Assembly: GCA_030704615.1 (NCBI GenBank)
Contig: CM060731.1
Location: 61,690,001-61,754,000 of the forward strand
Direction of reading: 5' to 3'
Length of the DNA stretch: 64,000 nt
Source: Takakia lepidozioides
Lineage: Eukaryota; Plantae; Bryophyta
Position numbers and translations under genes: made by a program. Every line of letters starts with the position of its first letter. The stretch's first letter is position 1. Below are positions 11,568 through 23,837 of the stretch, in pieces. Below the pieces are notes generated by a model. That model did no database searches. It was not told where the DNA came from and saw only the letters and a program-made list of their open reading frames with translations.

Positions 11568-13889
11568 ATGGCAGGATTGAATCAAGTACAGCTGTTTGAA
11601 TACAGCATCTCCGCTGTTACCAATGCTTTTGGAAGAGCACCAAGAGAAGAAATCAACAAAAAAAATTCTGGCATTTGTGAGGATGTAAGGACACTATGTA
11701 GGGCAGGACAACTGAAAGAGGCACTGCATGTTTTGAAGCACGGAGGCAGTTCTGCAGACTCCGGTACCTATGTCTGTTTTTTGCAGGAGTGCATCCAGAG
11801 GAGAGGCCTGGCAATGGGAAAGCAGGTGCATGCCCAGATTGTCGAAAGTGGATTTAAGTCAAACATCTTTTTACTCAACACCCTTGTCAACATGTATGCC
11901 AAGTGTGGGAGCGTGGCAGGTGCACGCCTCGTGTTTGACAAAATGCCTGAACGAAATATGGTTACATGGAATATAATGATGGCAGGATATGCCAAGCAGG
12001 GGTGTGGTAGGGAGGCCTTCGAAATCTATGAGCAAATGATACGGGAAGGGATGGCACCCAGCCATGTCACATTCGTTTGCATTCTCAAGGCGTGTGCCAG
12101 CCTAGGATCCCTGGAAAAGGGCAAAAAAGTCCACGTTGACATCATCAAATTTGGAATTTCTCCAGATATTATCCTGGAGACTGCGCTTGTTGACATGTAT
12201 GCGAAATGCGGGAGCATGAAGGATGTACGTGAAGTGTTCAACAATATGGCTAAGAAAGATGTAGTTTCATGGAGTGCGATGATTGCAGGATATGCTCAGC
12301 ATGGGTGTGGTAGGGAGGCTTTGGAGATGTATGAGCAAATGATACTGGAAGGGGTGATGCCCAATAATGTCACGTTCATTTCTGTTCTCAAGGCATGTGC
12401 TGGCCTAGGCGCCCTGGAGAGAGGCAAAGAGGTCCATGCTGAAATCATTCAAGCTGTAATTGTACCAGATATAATTCTGGAAACTGCCCTTGCTGACATG
12501 TATGCCAAATGTGGGAATATGAACGATGCACGGCGAGTGTTTGACAATATGGCTGAACGAAATGTGGTCTCGTGGAATGCAATTATAGCAGGATATGCCC
12601 AGCAAGGGTGTTGTACAGAGGCTGTCCAACTGTTTGAACAAATGAAACAGGAAGGCATGAAGCCGAATGTGGTCTCATGGAGTGCGATGATTGCAGGATA
12701 TGCTCAGCATGGGTGTGGTAGGGAGGCTTTGGAGATATATGAGCAAATGATACAGGAAGGGGTGATGCCCACCCAGGTAACGTTGGTTTCCATTCTCAAT
12801 GCATGTGCCAGCCTGGCAGCCCTGGAAAAGGGCCAAGAGGTCCATGCTGACATCATCAAAGCCAGAATCAAGCCAAATATCATTTTGGAGAATAGCCTTG
12901 TTGACATGTATGCCAAATGTGGGAGCACAAATGATGCACGCCGCGTGTTCGACAATATGGCTAAGCGAGATGTGGTCTCATGGAGTGCCATGATTGCAGG
13001 ATATGCTCAACATGGGTGTGGGAGGGAGGCCCTGACACTATTTGAGAAAATGCTACAGGAAGGCTTAAAGCCGAACGGCATCACCTTGATATGTGTTCTC
13101 TCTGCTTGTAGCCATGTGGGCCTAGTTGATGAAGGCTGTCATTATTTTGATTTGATGAGTCTAGATCATGGCCTTGCTCCAACAGTGGAGCATTTTGGCT
13201 GCATGGTGGACCTTCTTGGCCGTGCTGGGCTATTAGATGAAGCAGAGGACTTCATGAATGCAATGCCAATTAGGCCAGGTGCTTCTGTTTGGGGGGCCTT
13301 GCTGGGTGCCTGCAGAATTCATGGCAATGTGGAGGTAGCAGAACGTGTGGCAATGTGTCTTCTTAAGTGGGATCCACAGGATGCAGGAACTTATGTACTT
13401 CTATCAAACATCTATGCTGCGGCTGGCAGGTGGGAAGATACAGCAAAGGTGAGGACAATGATGGATGACAGAGGTGTCAGGAAGGAGCCAGGGCGCAGCT
13501 GCATTGAGGTGGACAACCAGGTGCATACATTTTTTGTAGCAGATAAAGTGCATCCGAAAATCAAGGAAATCCATGCCGAGCTGAAGAGATTGACTGGGCA
13601 GATGAAAGAGGCCGGGTATCTGCCCGACACACAGTTTGTACTACATGATGTTGAGGAGGAGAGAAAGGAAGCTTCTCTTTGTTACCACAGTGAGAAGCTG
13701 GCCATGGCTTTTGGGCTGATCAGCACGTCCCCCGGGAAACCTCTCCGTGTCATCAAGAACCTTCGGGTGTGCGGCGACTGCCACACCACATCCAAGTTCA
13801 TCTCACAGATTGTTGGAAGGGAAATTGTTGTGCGGGATGCCAGCCGCTTTCACCACTTCCAAGATGGAGTTTGTTCTTGTGGGGAGTAA
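11568..13889 (+). CDS. PLS-class pentatricopeptide repeat protein with E1/E2 and DYW cytidine deaminase domain (organellar C-to-U RNA editing factor); terminal DYW tripeptide truncated
   Basis: Intronless ORF, first ATG at 11568. P-L-S triplets (LVDMYAKCG / VVSWSAMIAGYAQHG / TFVCILKACA), E domains (WGALLGACRIHG, YVLLSNIY), PG box KEPGRSCIE, HSEKLA and CGDCH zinc ligands, and RFHHFQDGVCSCGE followed by TAA TGG TAA. Confidence 0.95.
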   Translation: MAGLNQVQLFEYSISAVTNAFGRAPREEINKKNSGICEDVRTLCRAGQLKEALHVLKHGGSSADSGTYVCFLQECIQRRGLAMGKQVHAQIVESGFKSNIFLLNTLVNMYAKCGSVAGARLVFDKMPERNMVTWNIMMAGYAKQGCGREAFEIYEQMIREGMAPSHVTFVCILKACASLGSLEKGKKVHVDIIKFGISPDIILETALVDMYAKCGSMKDVREVFNNMAKKDVVSWSAMIAGYAQHGCGREALEMYEQMILEGVMPNNVTFISVLKACAGLGALERGKEVHAEIIQAVIVPDIILETALADMYAKCGNMNDARRVFDNMAERNVVSWNAIIAGYAQQGCCTEAVQLFEQMKQEGMKPNVVSWSAMIAGYAQHGCGREALEIYEQMIQEGVMPTQVTLVSILNACASLAALEKGQEVHADIIKARIKPNIILENSLVDMYAKCGSTNDARRVFDNMAKRDVVSWSAMIAGYAQHGCGREALTLFEKMLQEGLKPNGITLICVLSACSHVGLVDEGCHYFDLMSLDHGLAPTVEHFGCMVDLLGRAGLLDEAEDFMNAMPIRPGASVWGALLGACRIHGNVEVAERVAMCLLKWDPQDAGTYVLLSNIYAAAGRWEDTAKVRTMMDDRGVRKEPGRSCIEVDNQVHTFFVADKVHPKIKEIHAELKRLTGQMKEAGYLPDTQFVLHDVEEERKEASLCYHSEKLAMAFGLISTSPGKPLRVIKNLRVCGDCHTTSKFISQIVGREIVVRDASRFHHFQDGVCSCGE

Positions 13890-14729
13890 TGGTAAATTAC
13901 TGTTTGGATTTCAGGTTTGTTTCGGTGAGAGAAAGTTGAAAGAAAATGGTGTCTTTCAGTGTACAGTGGTCAAAAGTCAAAACTGCATCAACAACAGCTG
14001 TAGTCTCGAAAACCATATTGCAGAGTGGTCCATAGATTTTGTAATTAGTAAGTATGAAGGAAATCCTTAAGTTTGAAACTTCGTACCAAACTTCTACTGA
14101 AACGTTGGCACTGTCCAGTATGCCCTGACATCAATGTCTCTTAGCAACAATAGCTAGTCAATATGCAGTATTCTTGTTCTCATTCAAAAGAATAGTATAC
14201 TTCTTAATTTAACAATCCTCTAATTGAGGCTCCATGCAGTAAGAATTAAGAAGAGGTTTTTCCTTTGCATAATGAGAGATGTACGTCCTCTAACTACTGG
14301 AAACTGACTCCTGAACCATTCACCCTCGCATATGCTTGTCCAGTAAAGCCTGCACTTCCTATTGGCACTACTGATCCACTATTTGATCAAATGCCCAGCC
14401 AGTCAAAACAGCTACCTCCTCCTCACTGCTGAAATTATTTTGAATCTCCAAAATTTTGCAGAATTCTATACCTATGTCTGCCAGTATTTGGCCAGGTCAT
14501 CAGAGGGGTGAGCGCAAGTGAGCAATGTTGGCCTGAGTGCAACCTTGACACGGAATTAGGAGCCATATGATCCAGGTATTTCAAAATTAAGGATGCAAAT
14601 TGCAAGCGTTATAGGTAATTGGGATATGTCCATTGCTTAGTAAGATAGTCTGGTATGCGCCCGGTTGTTGATTTCTGGCCGGGTATTGGGGTGGGTACCA
14701 GGCGAGTGTTGGTCGGGTAGTACACCCAG

Positions 14730-15674
14730 TTAACCCCTAAACACCAACAGCTTTTTCACAAAAATCTGCAAAATCTGAACCTCATGCCACCTTTTTATGT
14801 ATTACAAATAATTTCCTCAGATCTACAAAATGTCACCATTTCATCATGTTGTTAGCTACATCCCATCCCTTCACCTAAATTTTCATGACATTTGGCCGTA
14901 GGGATTGGAATCTTATAATTGCTTTGTGAGCATGAAATGTTCCTATAACCTCTGCAAAGTGGGAAAACGTGGTATCAAATTTCCAAAGCTTCTCTTTGGT
15001 GGGCCGATTGAGTTTAAATTCCATAGGAATATGCCTCATGATGTTGGCCACCTTCTCCTAATTTTTCAGAGTTTTTGGACAAGATTTGGTTATACCTCCT
15101 TTGTAGTGATCTGCCAGAGGGGGCTCCACATACTGCATTTTCTGTATTTTCCACCTTTTGGTTTTGGTGAAAACCTGGGTGTGTTTTCTGGAAAACGGAA
15201 TGATCCTAATGTTGTCAATCAAGTTGGCCTGAATTTCTGATTGAATCCATCATTGCAAAAACCCCTTAAGAGGTGGGTTTCCTCGTGAGACCTATAATTC
15301 TGCACTACCCCGTATTTCTCAGGGTGTGTGCCATGGGCCATACATGGAAAGTTGGGGTACACCGTGTCACAGCTAGCCCCTTGAGCAGCGGTTAGCCGCA
15401 GCCTGCATTCATTGCAGACCGGGCAGCGGGTGGGCCCCCACAACCCCAGTGTCGTGCGGCAGCGGGCAGCCGCATATCAACGACGATCTGCCCGCAGTTC
15501 GTCATTTGGCCGCACAAATCGCCATAATCTTCTGACATTTTCACCAATGCGCCTCGGGCAGGTGCCATTGGAAAGCCCTTATTGAGGGCTACAGTTCAGC
15601 TGTTTACCAGTGATAATGGGATAGGAAATTTGAAAAACAGGGTGCGAGGGGTTGATGCGGCCTATAAGGGTTAA
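14730..15674. mobile_element. Non-autonomous element flanked by TTAA with CCC...GGG termini (piggyBac-like ends), apparently nested in a hAT-like MITE remnant (~14660-15778)
   Basis: TTAA|CCCCTAAAC at 14730 and CCTATAAGGG|TTAA ending at 15674. The flanks carry the inverted pair AGTGTTGGTCGGGTA (14705-14719) / TACCCACCCAACACT (15762-15776). No transposase ORF. Confidence 0.45.
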
Positions 15675-18600
15675 CAAATATTCTGAACAAAAATCATACC
15701 CGCATTATCCATAAAGTCCGGGTATCTCAAAAAAGTTTCGCTCTGGGTATTCATACATTGATACCCACCCAACACTAGTTTGTTACCAAGAATAGAGGAT
15801 GTTAGCGGATCTATAGGTCAAACATCTTTTTAAAAAACATTTTGCAGAGTCAAAATGTTTCTTGAATTATGTTTCCAAGTAATAATTTCTCACATTTTTT
15901 GAGAGAGAACAATCAATATATGAATCGAGACGTTTGTTGGCTCCTCCCTACAGAGGAGACTAGCTACCCATTAGTGTCAAAAAAATGTCAACTCCCTGTT
16001 ACACCTTCCCCAGATAACACCTTCCCCAAATGAACCCCTCCTTAGATTACATCCGGGTCATGCACTCCTTCGGTAAAATTGTGGTGCAAAAATGGGTGCC
16101 ATGAAGTTTTCAGCATTTGAAAATACATGCAGGATGATTGTGGGATAGAGGAAATATTGTTTATGAGCGTTCACCCCTAGTCTAGTAGGCCAGCTAAGTG
16201 TGTTCATTTGATGTATGGTCTCTTGTTTCCAGTAATGGTCTGTCCAGGAAGGAGGGATGGTGAGAAGACAAAACGAAAGAGCAGGTCAGTGAAATATCTA
16301 GATAGGGTTCGTCATCTATCATGTCGTGTTCATCAGTACGTTAGCGAGAGTGGAAATATCCTAGCCGTGCTGAAACTTTGCATCTTAGGGCAGCAGACCT
16401 ACCATGGTCCGTTTGAGATAGCTTGCAAAACCTCCTGATTAGGTGGTGGAAAATTTAGGGGCCTTCTTACATGTCTCGGGCATGTCGAATGTCCAATCAC
16501 AAGTGTAGTCGTTGGCTGGGCTACTGCAATATTTACAGACAACAATTCATAGTCACAAGCGAGCATTTTTTCTAACTTCCAGCCCTGTGCCTTGCATTGG
16601 TGCATCTGGGTTCTGACCCGCTTGATGCATTGTGGGGTTCCGCATGGGATAGCTATGCCCAACAAAGACACACAGTAATTTCATTTTGTTCTCAACTATG
16701 GTCACACGTTGGGGCAAAGTTCATTTTTGTGAAAGCTTGTGGAGTTTCTTGTGCCAAGTCTGCAAACTCTTGACTAAGGGTGGTGTATTGGTGATTGGTC
16801 GTGCAGGTGTGGCTTCTATTTACATCCTTGCAACATCAATTACAGGTTGGTTGATAGGCTGAAATATCATCGTTCTATTGCGTATACCATGAAGTTAGAC
16901 CCGACATGGGACGGTAGCCCTACAACACTGTCAATGGCATGGGTGAAAGGGAAGAGTTAGTAAAGGGCAGCAATAACATAACTTGGAGGCTGAGGTGTTG
17001 TGTTGTTGTCTCCTATAGCTATCATTTGAAGAAAAGGAGAAGGAGCTATTTGAGATGGTTAATATACGTGGTTGTGACTGCATTTGGTTTTTTTTGGCCG
17101 TTGGTTGAGATAAAGGATGGCAGAATAGAGATGTGGATGGACATTGACAATGAATACTACCTCACAAAGGTAGTGTCTGTTCCTTCACTGGGCGTGGGGT
17201 CTATGGCCAAAAACAAGGCTACGGAAAACAAAGTCTTATGAGTACATTCTCTTTATCTCCTAAGTTTGGACGGATTCAGTGACAGACTGTTATGGTAAAA
17301 TTTTGGAAGCCATAATCAAATTCTATTGAAATTACTGGAGCATGCCTTTTGGGATGGATGGTGGATCTCCGTTGCTCTTCTACTATCTCTCCCCTCTCAG
17401 AACTATGGCAGTAATGGCTGAGCTGTATCGCCTGGTGGGATAAACGGCCTACCATTACGGTAGGCAGTTTTGAAGGGTACCTTAGACTTGCATTTGCAAG
17501 TTTTCTAAATAATTTGCCCTTCATGTTGAAGGGCTGTAATTTTGACAGCCCTTCATTTTTTTTTGGCGGCCATTCGGCGAGCATGCATGCAACATAAAAA
17601 TGATTTTGTTGTACACTACACATGAAAAATATAAAAAATATCAGTCAGTGACACCCAAATTGGAAGACTACAATGCGGGGCCAAGGATGACGCACCTTGT
17701 GCAATGCGTTATACTAAGCCTGAGTTTGTCCTAGAACAAGCAATTGATTGATGGGTAGAAGGTTACAAACATGCTTTGGGAGTCTCATCCTTATCTTGAG
17801 TCCAGCTTCAAGATAGGCTTGATCTTGAAGTGAAGGCCAATTTTTATTTTTATTTTTTTTAGATGAAGGCCAATCCTGCAATTAAAAATAAAAAGTTAGT
17901 ACAACATTAGTGTCCAATAGAGGAAAAAGAGAGAGAAAAAACAAATCCACGCATTTGCTCACCTAAAATCCGAGATCTGTGACATCAAATATTGCTATCC
18001 ACTACAATCTCCACAATGGAAGGAGCCTACAAGCGGAGCAAACGAAAACAACCTGCAGTGACCAATCCACAGCCCAATTATAGCACCCCCATGTCTGTAG
18101 CTATTCAATATTCTTCAACATAGGAAGGGTGCTTCAGGGTTCAACAAGCTCCCATTCAAGTAAATCATCAACAAATGATACATAATACTTGTGAATTAGG
18201 AGATGTGCTCATTCCCCATCACAATCTCCAGCTCTTGTCGGCCTATTCTATCAGGGCAATGGATAGGTTTAAGCACTTGTACCTTCATTCTTAAGCACTT
18301 GTACCTTGAGGTTTGAACCCTTGACTCTTGAGGCTTGAACCCTTCATTATTAAACTTAGACTTTCATTTACAAGTTTCTTTTTTTCTTAGCCCTTCATGA
18401 TGAAAGGTTCAGATTTTATCTGGCCTTTCTTTTGAAGGGCCCTGATTTATTTGCCCTTCATATAGAGCATTTTTGCAAGTTGGGCGTTGCAGTCTTCAAA
18501 AATAGACACTGCTACCATACCACAGCCTTGGGAGCAGTAGTACATCCGCAAGGACTATGCCCTCAAGGGTACACCATACCCAATCCTTTTCCCATGAAGC

Positions 18601-19484
18601 TCTTATAATCAATGCAATCCAGGGGACAGATAGCAACAGTGACTTCGATGAGGGTACATGAAATGTGTGATAAGCTTTGTGTGATAACAAGATGTGCATG
18701 GCAGACATTTACATGTGAGGTAGCCCAGTAATTGAGATCCATGAAATTAGCAAGGCTTTATTTCTGACTCTCACAGCTTTTAAACACCATGTGGTGTTGT
18801 ATTTGACTTCAGCATGCAAACAAGGACATCGATGTATAGTTGAAAGGGGAGGCAGATTACTATGGGGATATAATAATTCTGCTCTTCATTGACTGTTATG
18901 ATCTCGTGGTAATCAAGACAGTTGCGATCTGCGAGTTCGGCCGGGTATGCCCCAAGTTTCCTCCTTTTTGCTTGTTGTGTGTTGACTACATAGTTCATAG
19001 TCTATTTCTTTACATGTCATTTCTTCAGTGGCAGTGTGCACCGCATCTCAACTTTTATAGTGTGTGCAAGTGTCACTTTTGATTCAGCTGAGTGCTCATT
19101 ATGGGGTTGTGTCTCTATTGGAGGTTTCCTTCTCTAGTTGATCTTGATAAGTCAGTGTGCTCAAATTCAGTACATTTACTAGAGGGTGTATAAGGTTTTC
19201 TTACTCTGGGATAAATAAAAAAGATATGTTGTCTGCAATGCAGCACATCATAGTCTTCGGGCAGTCTTTCAGTCTGAGATGACAGGGTTTTGATTTGCTG
19301 GCAGTGGTGAGGTAGGAGATGTGACCTCAGAACTAGACATTTATTGTTCAAGGTTTGTAGATTTCCTGGCTTTAGAACGGTTAAAATGAGGGGCAAACAT
19401 TCTGTTTACGGCAATCTAATTCATTTCTTTCAAATTACCAGTCTACTTTGTAAAAAAAATGGACATGTCTTCTTCATACATCAG

Positions 19485-19732
19485 ATGCGTTCCTTTTCTG
19501 GTGGGGTACTTAGTGTATTGATTGCAACTCCACATCTTGGGGCGGTTGGATGCATATAGCCTGGCACAAAGTACAATAATTTGTACACACTGGCGAGCTG
19601 AGATCACAGCTGATGCACTATGGCAACCCATGTGTGAGCAGTTTTGGTTGAAACGAGCACATCCCTTTGTGTCTCATCCAGCAAGACTCCTCTACCATCA
19701 GATGTTATCTTGTGTATGCAATAAGCTTGACC
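19485..19732 (+). pseudogene. F-box domain gene remnant interrupted by the CACTA insertion; the exon resumes at 40110-40121
   Basis: LQLHILGRLDAYSLAQSTIICTHWRAEITADALWQPMCEQFW is an F-box motif, with an in-frame TGA just upstream. Removing the element and one ACC gives ...NKLDRLIK followed by a GT donor at 40122. Confidence 0.6.
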
Positions 19733-20729
19733 CACTACAGGAAAAGGGGGGGGGGTTAGTGACGCCGCGGAAACGGCGCAGCCACGCTGCGGCGTCACTA
19801 AACGCCGCTTTTGAGGCAGGGGCGCAGGTGCCCTTTTGCCACGCCCGGGCGTGGCACGACTGTCCCCGGGGCGTCACTAATCGGACTCGCATAAATGCGA
19901 CGGATGGGGGTTGCAAGCCGCTACCCCCCTCCAGTGACGCCCCGCCGTCACTTTTTGGCCATCTAGGGCTCTGGGGGGGGCCTCCTTGTAGCCACGCCCG
20001 GCCGTCGCTACCACCCCACGACGGCGTTGGTTAGGGCGACGGCTCAGTGTGGCAACCAATTTTTTTTTTTTCCATGCCCGGACTAAAAAAACACCACGTG
20101 GCGGAGGGGGGTTTAGGCTCGACCACCCAGTGGCGTCGCTGCCAGACACGCCACGGCGTCGCATGGGGAAACCCCATCGCCTCAGTGCAGTTGCCCAGTG
20201 CGACTCCGGGGCGTGGTTACTTGCGACCCTCGGGGTGGCTGGGTGCCTTTTTTTACAATAAACAAACTAGTGGGGGAGGCCTGTGTTGGGCTTAGGGACG
20301 CCGAGGCGTCGCAACTAGCCACCCCCGAACGTCGCACAGAAGAAAAACTCATCGCACGGGGGGGTCCGGCTTTGCCACTGCGTTGCTGCTAGCCACGCCC
20401 GGCCGTGGCTAGTTGCGACCCCCATCCGTGGCAAGCCTAAAAAAACCCGTCGCAAGGGCGCTGGCCCAAGTGACGCCCTAGGGTGGCAATGCGGGTGGGT
20501 GGGGGGGGGGGGGGGGGGGGGGCTTCCATTGCTCTGATTTAACAGGTACTCAATTTTGTTTATTGCATTGGTTCAAGCAAGCATGAATCGAGGGTGAGGC
20601 CGTGCGACACACGAATAAGATGGAAGATGGAAATATATGTACAAATGGAAATATATTTACAAGCAACGAGCTGAATTCTTTGCTCACACGGGTTCAATAG
20701 ACTGACCCTGGGACCTACACGGACTAGGA

Positions 20730-23700
20730 CTACTCATCCTCATCCTCATCCTCATCCTCATCGTCAGAGGAGGAGTCATAGCTATCCGATGAGCCTGACT
20801 CCGCGCCCTTCACCTGAGCACATAAACCAGGCGGCGTTCCCCTAACTCCCACAGAGCTCTCATCCAATCCCTGGCCATGAAACCCCCCCCCCCCCCCCTC
20901 AGCCATACTAGTGCCAGTGCACTCATCCCCTCCGTCTTGGCCATGTTGGTCATGAGGGATTGCCAACCATGCTCCTTGGCGTAGTCATACTCTACCGGAG
21001 ATGGCAACCTCTCAAACGTGGTTTCCTACACATGCCAAAAATTAAAGTCAGTTTCTCACGATGATGGAGCCAGAAAGAAGACATAACAAAATACATATGG
21101 AAGTATGACTTACAAATCGGAGGATAAAACCCCTCGATCCGCCGGGGCCCCACTTGTGTGTGGATTCGTGCTTCTCAAGGCGGATTGTTGTTGCTTCGCA
21201 TGCCCTCTGAAACTTATCCTTGTTTGCCTCATCATTCTCTCCCACAATGAGCGCATCCCATGATACCTATGCCAACCCCCCGCCCCCCCCCCCCCCCCCC
21301 CAATTAGTGAATTACACACATACGTTGCATCGAATCCACCTCATTAATGCACATGCAACAAATGGAAGGTGAAATGATTCAAGGATTTGCCAACCTGTGA
21401 AATTCCAAAAGGTGGTTTGGGTGTGACCCCCTTTTCCATTGCCCTCCGAATCCTTTGTCTGGCACGGTACCTCTTGTTCTTCAAGTTCTACCCCACCATC
21501 TCTATCACCCTTGTCTCACTCCAATTGCCCGGAAACCGGCGGTCTAACTCACGGGCATACTTGCGCTTTTGGCCATAGTGCTGATCACCCCACTCGATGT
21601 GCCAAGGGAACCACGCCGCTGCGAGATCGAAGGTTGCCCCCTTCATGGCCGCCCAAAACGCACCGCACGGGTCACCATGCTTATTGACCTCCACCGGTGG
21701 CACAACGATCTTTGCCAAGGCCACCTCCTTTATCCCCCGGGATTTCTTCTTCTTCCCCACCCTCTCCCTTCTTTGCACACTCCTTCCCCACCTCCTTTGT
21801 TACCCCACTGCCCTCCCCCGCACGCACACCCACCCCGGCGTCTCCATGGGACTTCTTCCTCTTCTTCTTTTCCTTCCCCTTCCCCGCTACTTCCTCTCTC
21901 CCTCTCTCCCTCTCCCTCTATAACTCTTTGGATTTCATCTGGCCTTAACCTTTTGAGGTTATTTAGTTTTTCATCCCAACCTTTTTCATCCAAATCTGGA
22001 TGATTTTATTATAGGGTGATGAAACTTAATGTACAGAAAGCTGGATTTACCATCTATTTCTTTCATCTAAAACTGGATGATCTACTTAAATAATGGTTAC
22101 CTATGATAAAATCCAAGAGAATAATAAAACTACCATCATAAATGATGGCAGTTATTAAACCTAAGCCTATACCATAACCCTAAAAGATACATTTCTATGG
22201 GATGTCATCCATTGACAAAATGCCTCTCTTGGTAAAATGTGATTTTTCATCCACCCTGGATGAAAAATCGGGAATTTGTGCCCTAAGCAGGCCGACACAC
22301 TTCACAGTACTGAACTCGTGCTTCAGTGAACCTTGATGATGCGCCGTATAAACCTGCTCCCCTGGTGCTACATGGTACTCGTAATGGCTGGCTCTTGGGA
22401 TGCGCACTGGTGGTTAAACAGATTCTTCTCTGGCAGACGACAAAGCGGTGATCGCTTTGATCAGAAACTCATGGTTCTTTATTTTGCAGCGACGCTTTTA
22501 CTCCTTGTTGGGAAGTACTCTATCCCTATTTATCTACAGATTACATGTTGCTCTCTCTTTGTGTATGAGCCATTCTCTATCTGTGAACGCTTCTACTCTG
22601 ATTGCGTTCTGTTGGAAACGATCTGTTGGACGCCATGGCGCAGGGCATACCACAAACACTCAAGGTTTTTTGAGTTTACCCTTGCTTGAATTGTGATCTG
22701 TACTTGCTTTAGAATTCAACACTGACATGGATAGCAACTGTGAAGACCTGCCATTTACCTGCTGCATCCTCACTAACACACATCGCTATGTGGTGGTTTT
22801 TGGGACGGGCACTTGTCTTGATTTCTTGAAGCTTGCAGCTCCTGTTCTTGCAAATGTGGATTCCGCTGCTGCCTATGCTGCTGATGCCATCTGATGTTTC
22901 AATCTGCCACCGTGCCGCTTCAGACCTGCTCCAAGATGGCTCCAATGAGGATCTGCTTCTCTCCTTACCCCTGTTTCTGGTTTTTTACAACCACATTTGC
23001 ATGTGTAGGAGTTAAGCTATGAAGGGTACAAGGATACAAAATAGCAGTTATTACTCTGACTGCCTTGATACTTGGCTCTGAAATGAAACTTCTTGGTATG
23101 ACTCTGATGGATCAAAAGGATAGGCTTTGACAGATAACACACATTCTTCAAGGCCCTCATATCATTTTGGTTTCATGGCTTGATAACAAACAGGGGTTTC
23201 TGAGTTGCTCTTTCACCTTGGCAGAACTATGGTATGAGGCCTTAAAATACCATTCCAGGCCTATACCTGCTTAAGGGGGCTCTACCCTGTTGTTTCTTCT
23301 TCATTTTTAAGAATCTTGCTTATATCTTGGTTCTAAAACATCATCTTCAAACCAAACCTGCAATCTGGTTTTTGAAATGAGTTTGAAATGAATTTTTGAG
23401 ATGATGATGCATACTAGGGTGCTTTCATGACATGAATGACCTGGAATCCCACCCTCCCGCCCTATTTTTTCAGATACCATGAAATGTAATGGGGTATTCA
23501 AATGAGATTGTAAAAATGAAAGGGAATGTTAGATGGTGCCTTGTAAAGGGCTGTTTTGTCTTTCAATGACAATGACCTTAGCGGTCTTGTCCATGTCTTG
23601 ACATGACATGTATCTTCTCTCTCTCTCCTCGGCAGCCCCTTCATTGATGGTAAAAGGGACCTCGGGAGGTCAAGGCCTCTTCTTCTTACCTTTGGTGTTC

Positions 23701-23794
23701 GGGTCCTTCATCAACACCATGTGCTCTGCCTCATTGGCAACCCCACGGGAGTGCACCCAACCGGCCAAGAATGTCTCTGCCTCCTGAAGACAAA

Positions 23795-23837
<43 letters not shown>

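Noticed and set aside
13887-13889. Rescue of the TAA by U-to-C RNA editing
   Set aside because: Reverse editing is organellar and would give CAA (Gln), not Tyr; this is a nuclear gene.
16200-18250. Possible L1 LINE debris (ISNGPW at ~16400; T-rich tail at 17843-17860)
   Set aside because: Only isolated weak motifs; cannot be supported without a profile search.
19740-20520. GC-rich ORFs of 64-170 aa in CACTA subterminal regions (also 32140-32790, 37900-38500, 39560-40140)
   Set aside because: Artefacts of GC-rich repeats and homopolymer tracts; no domain signal.
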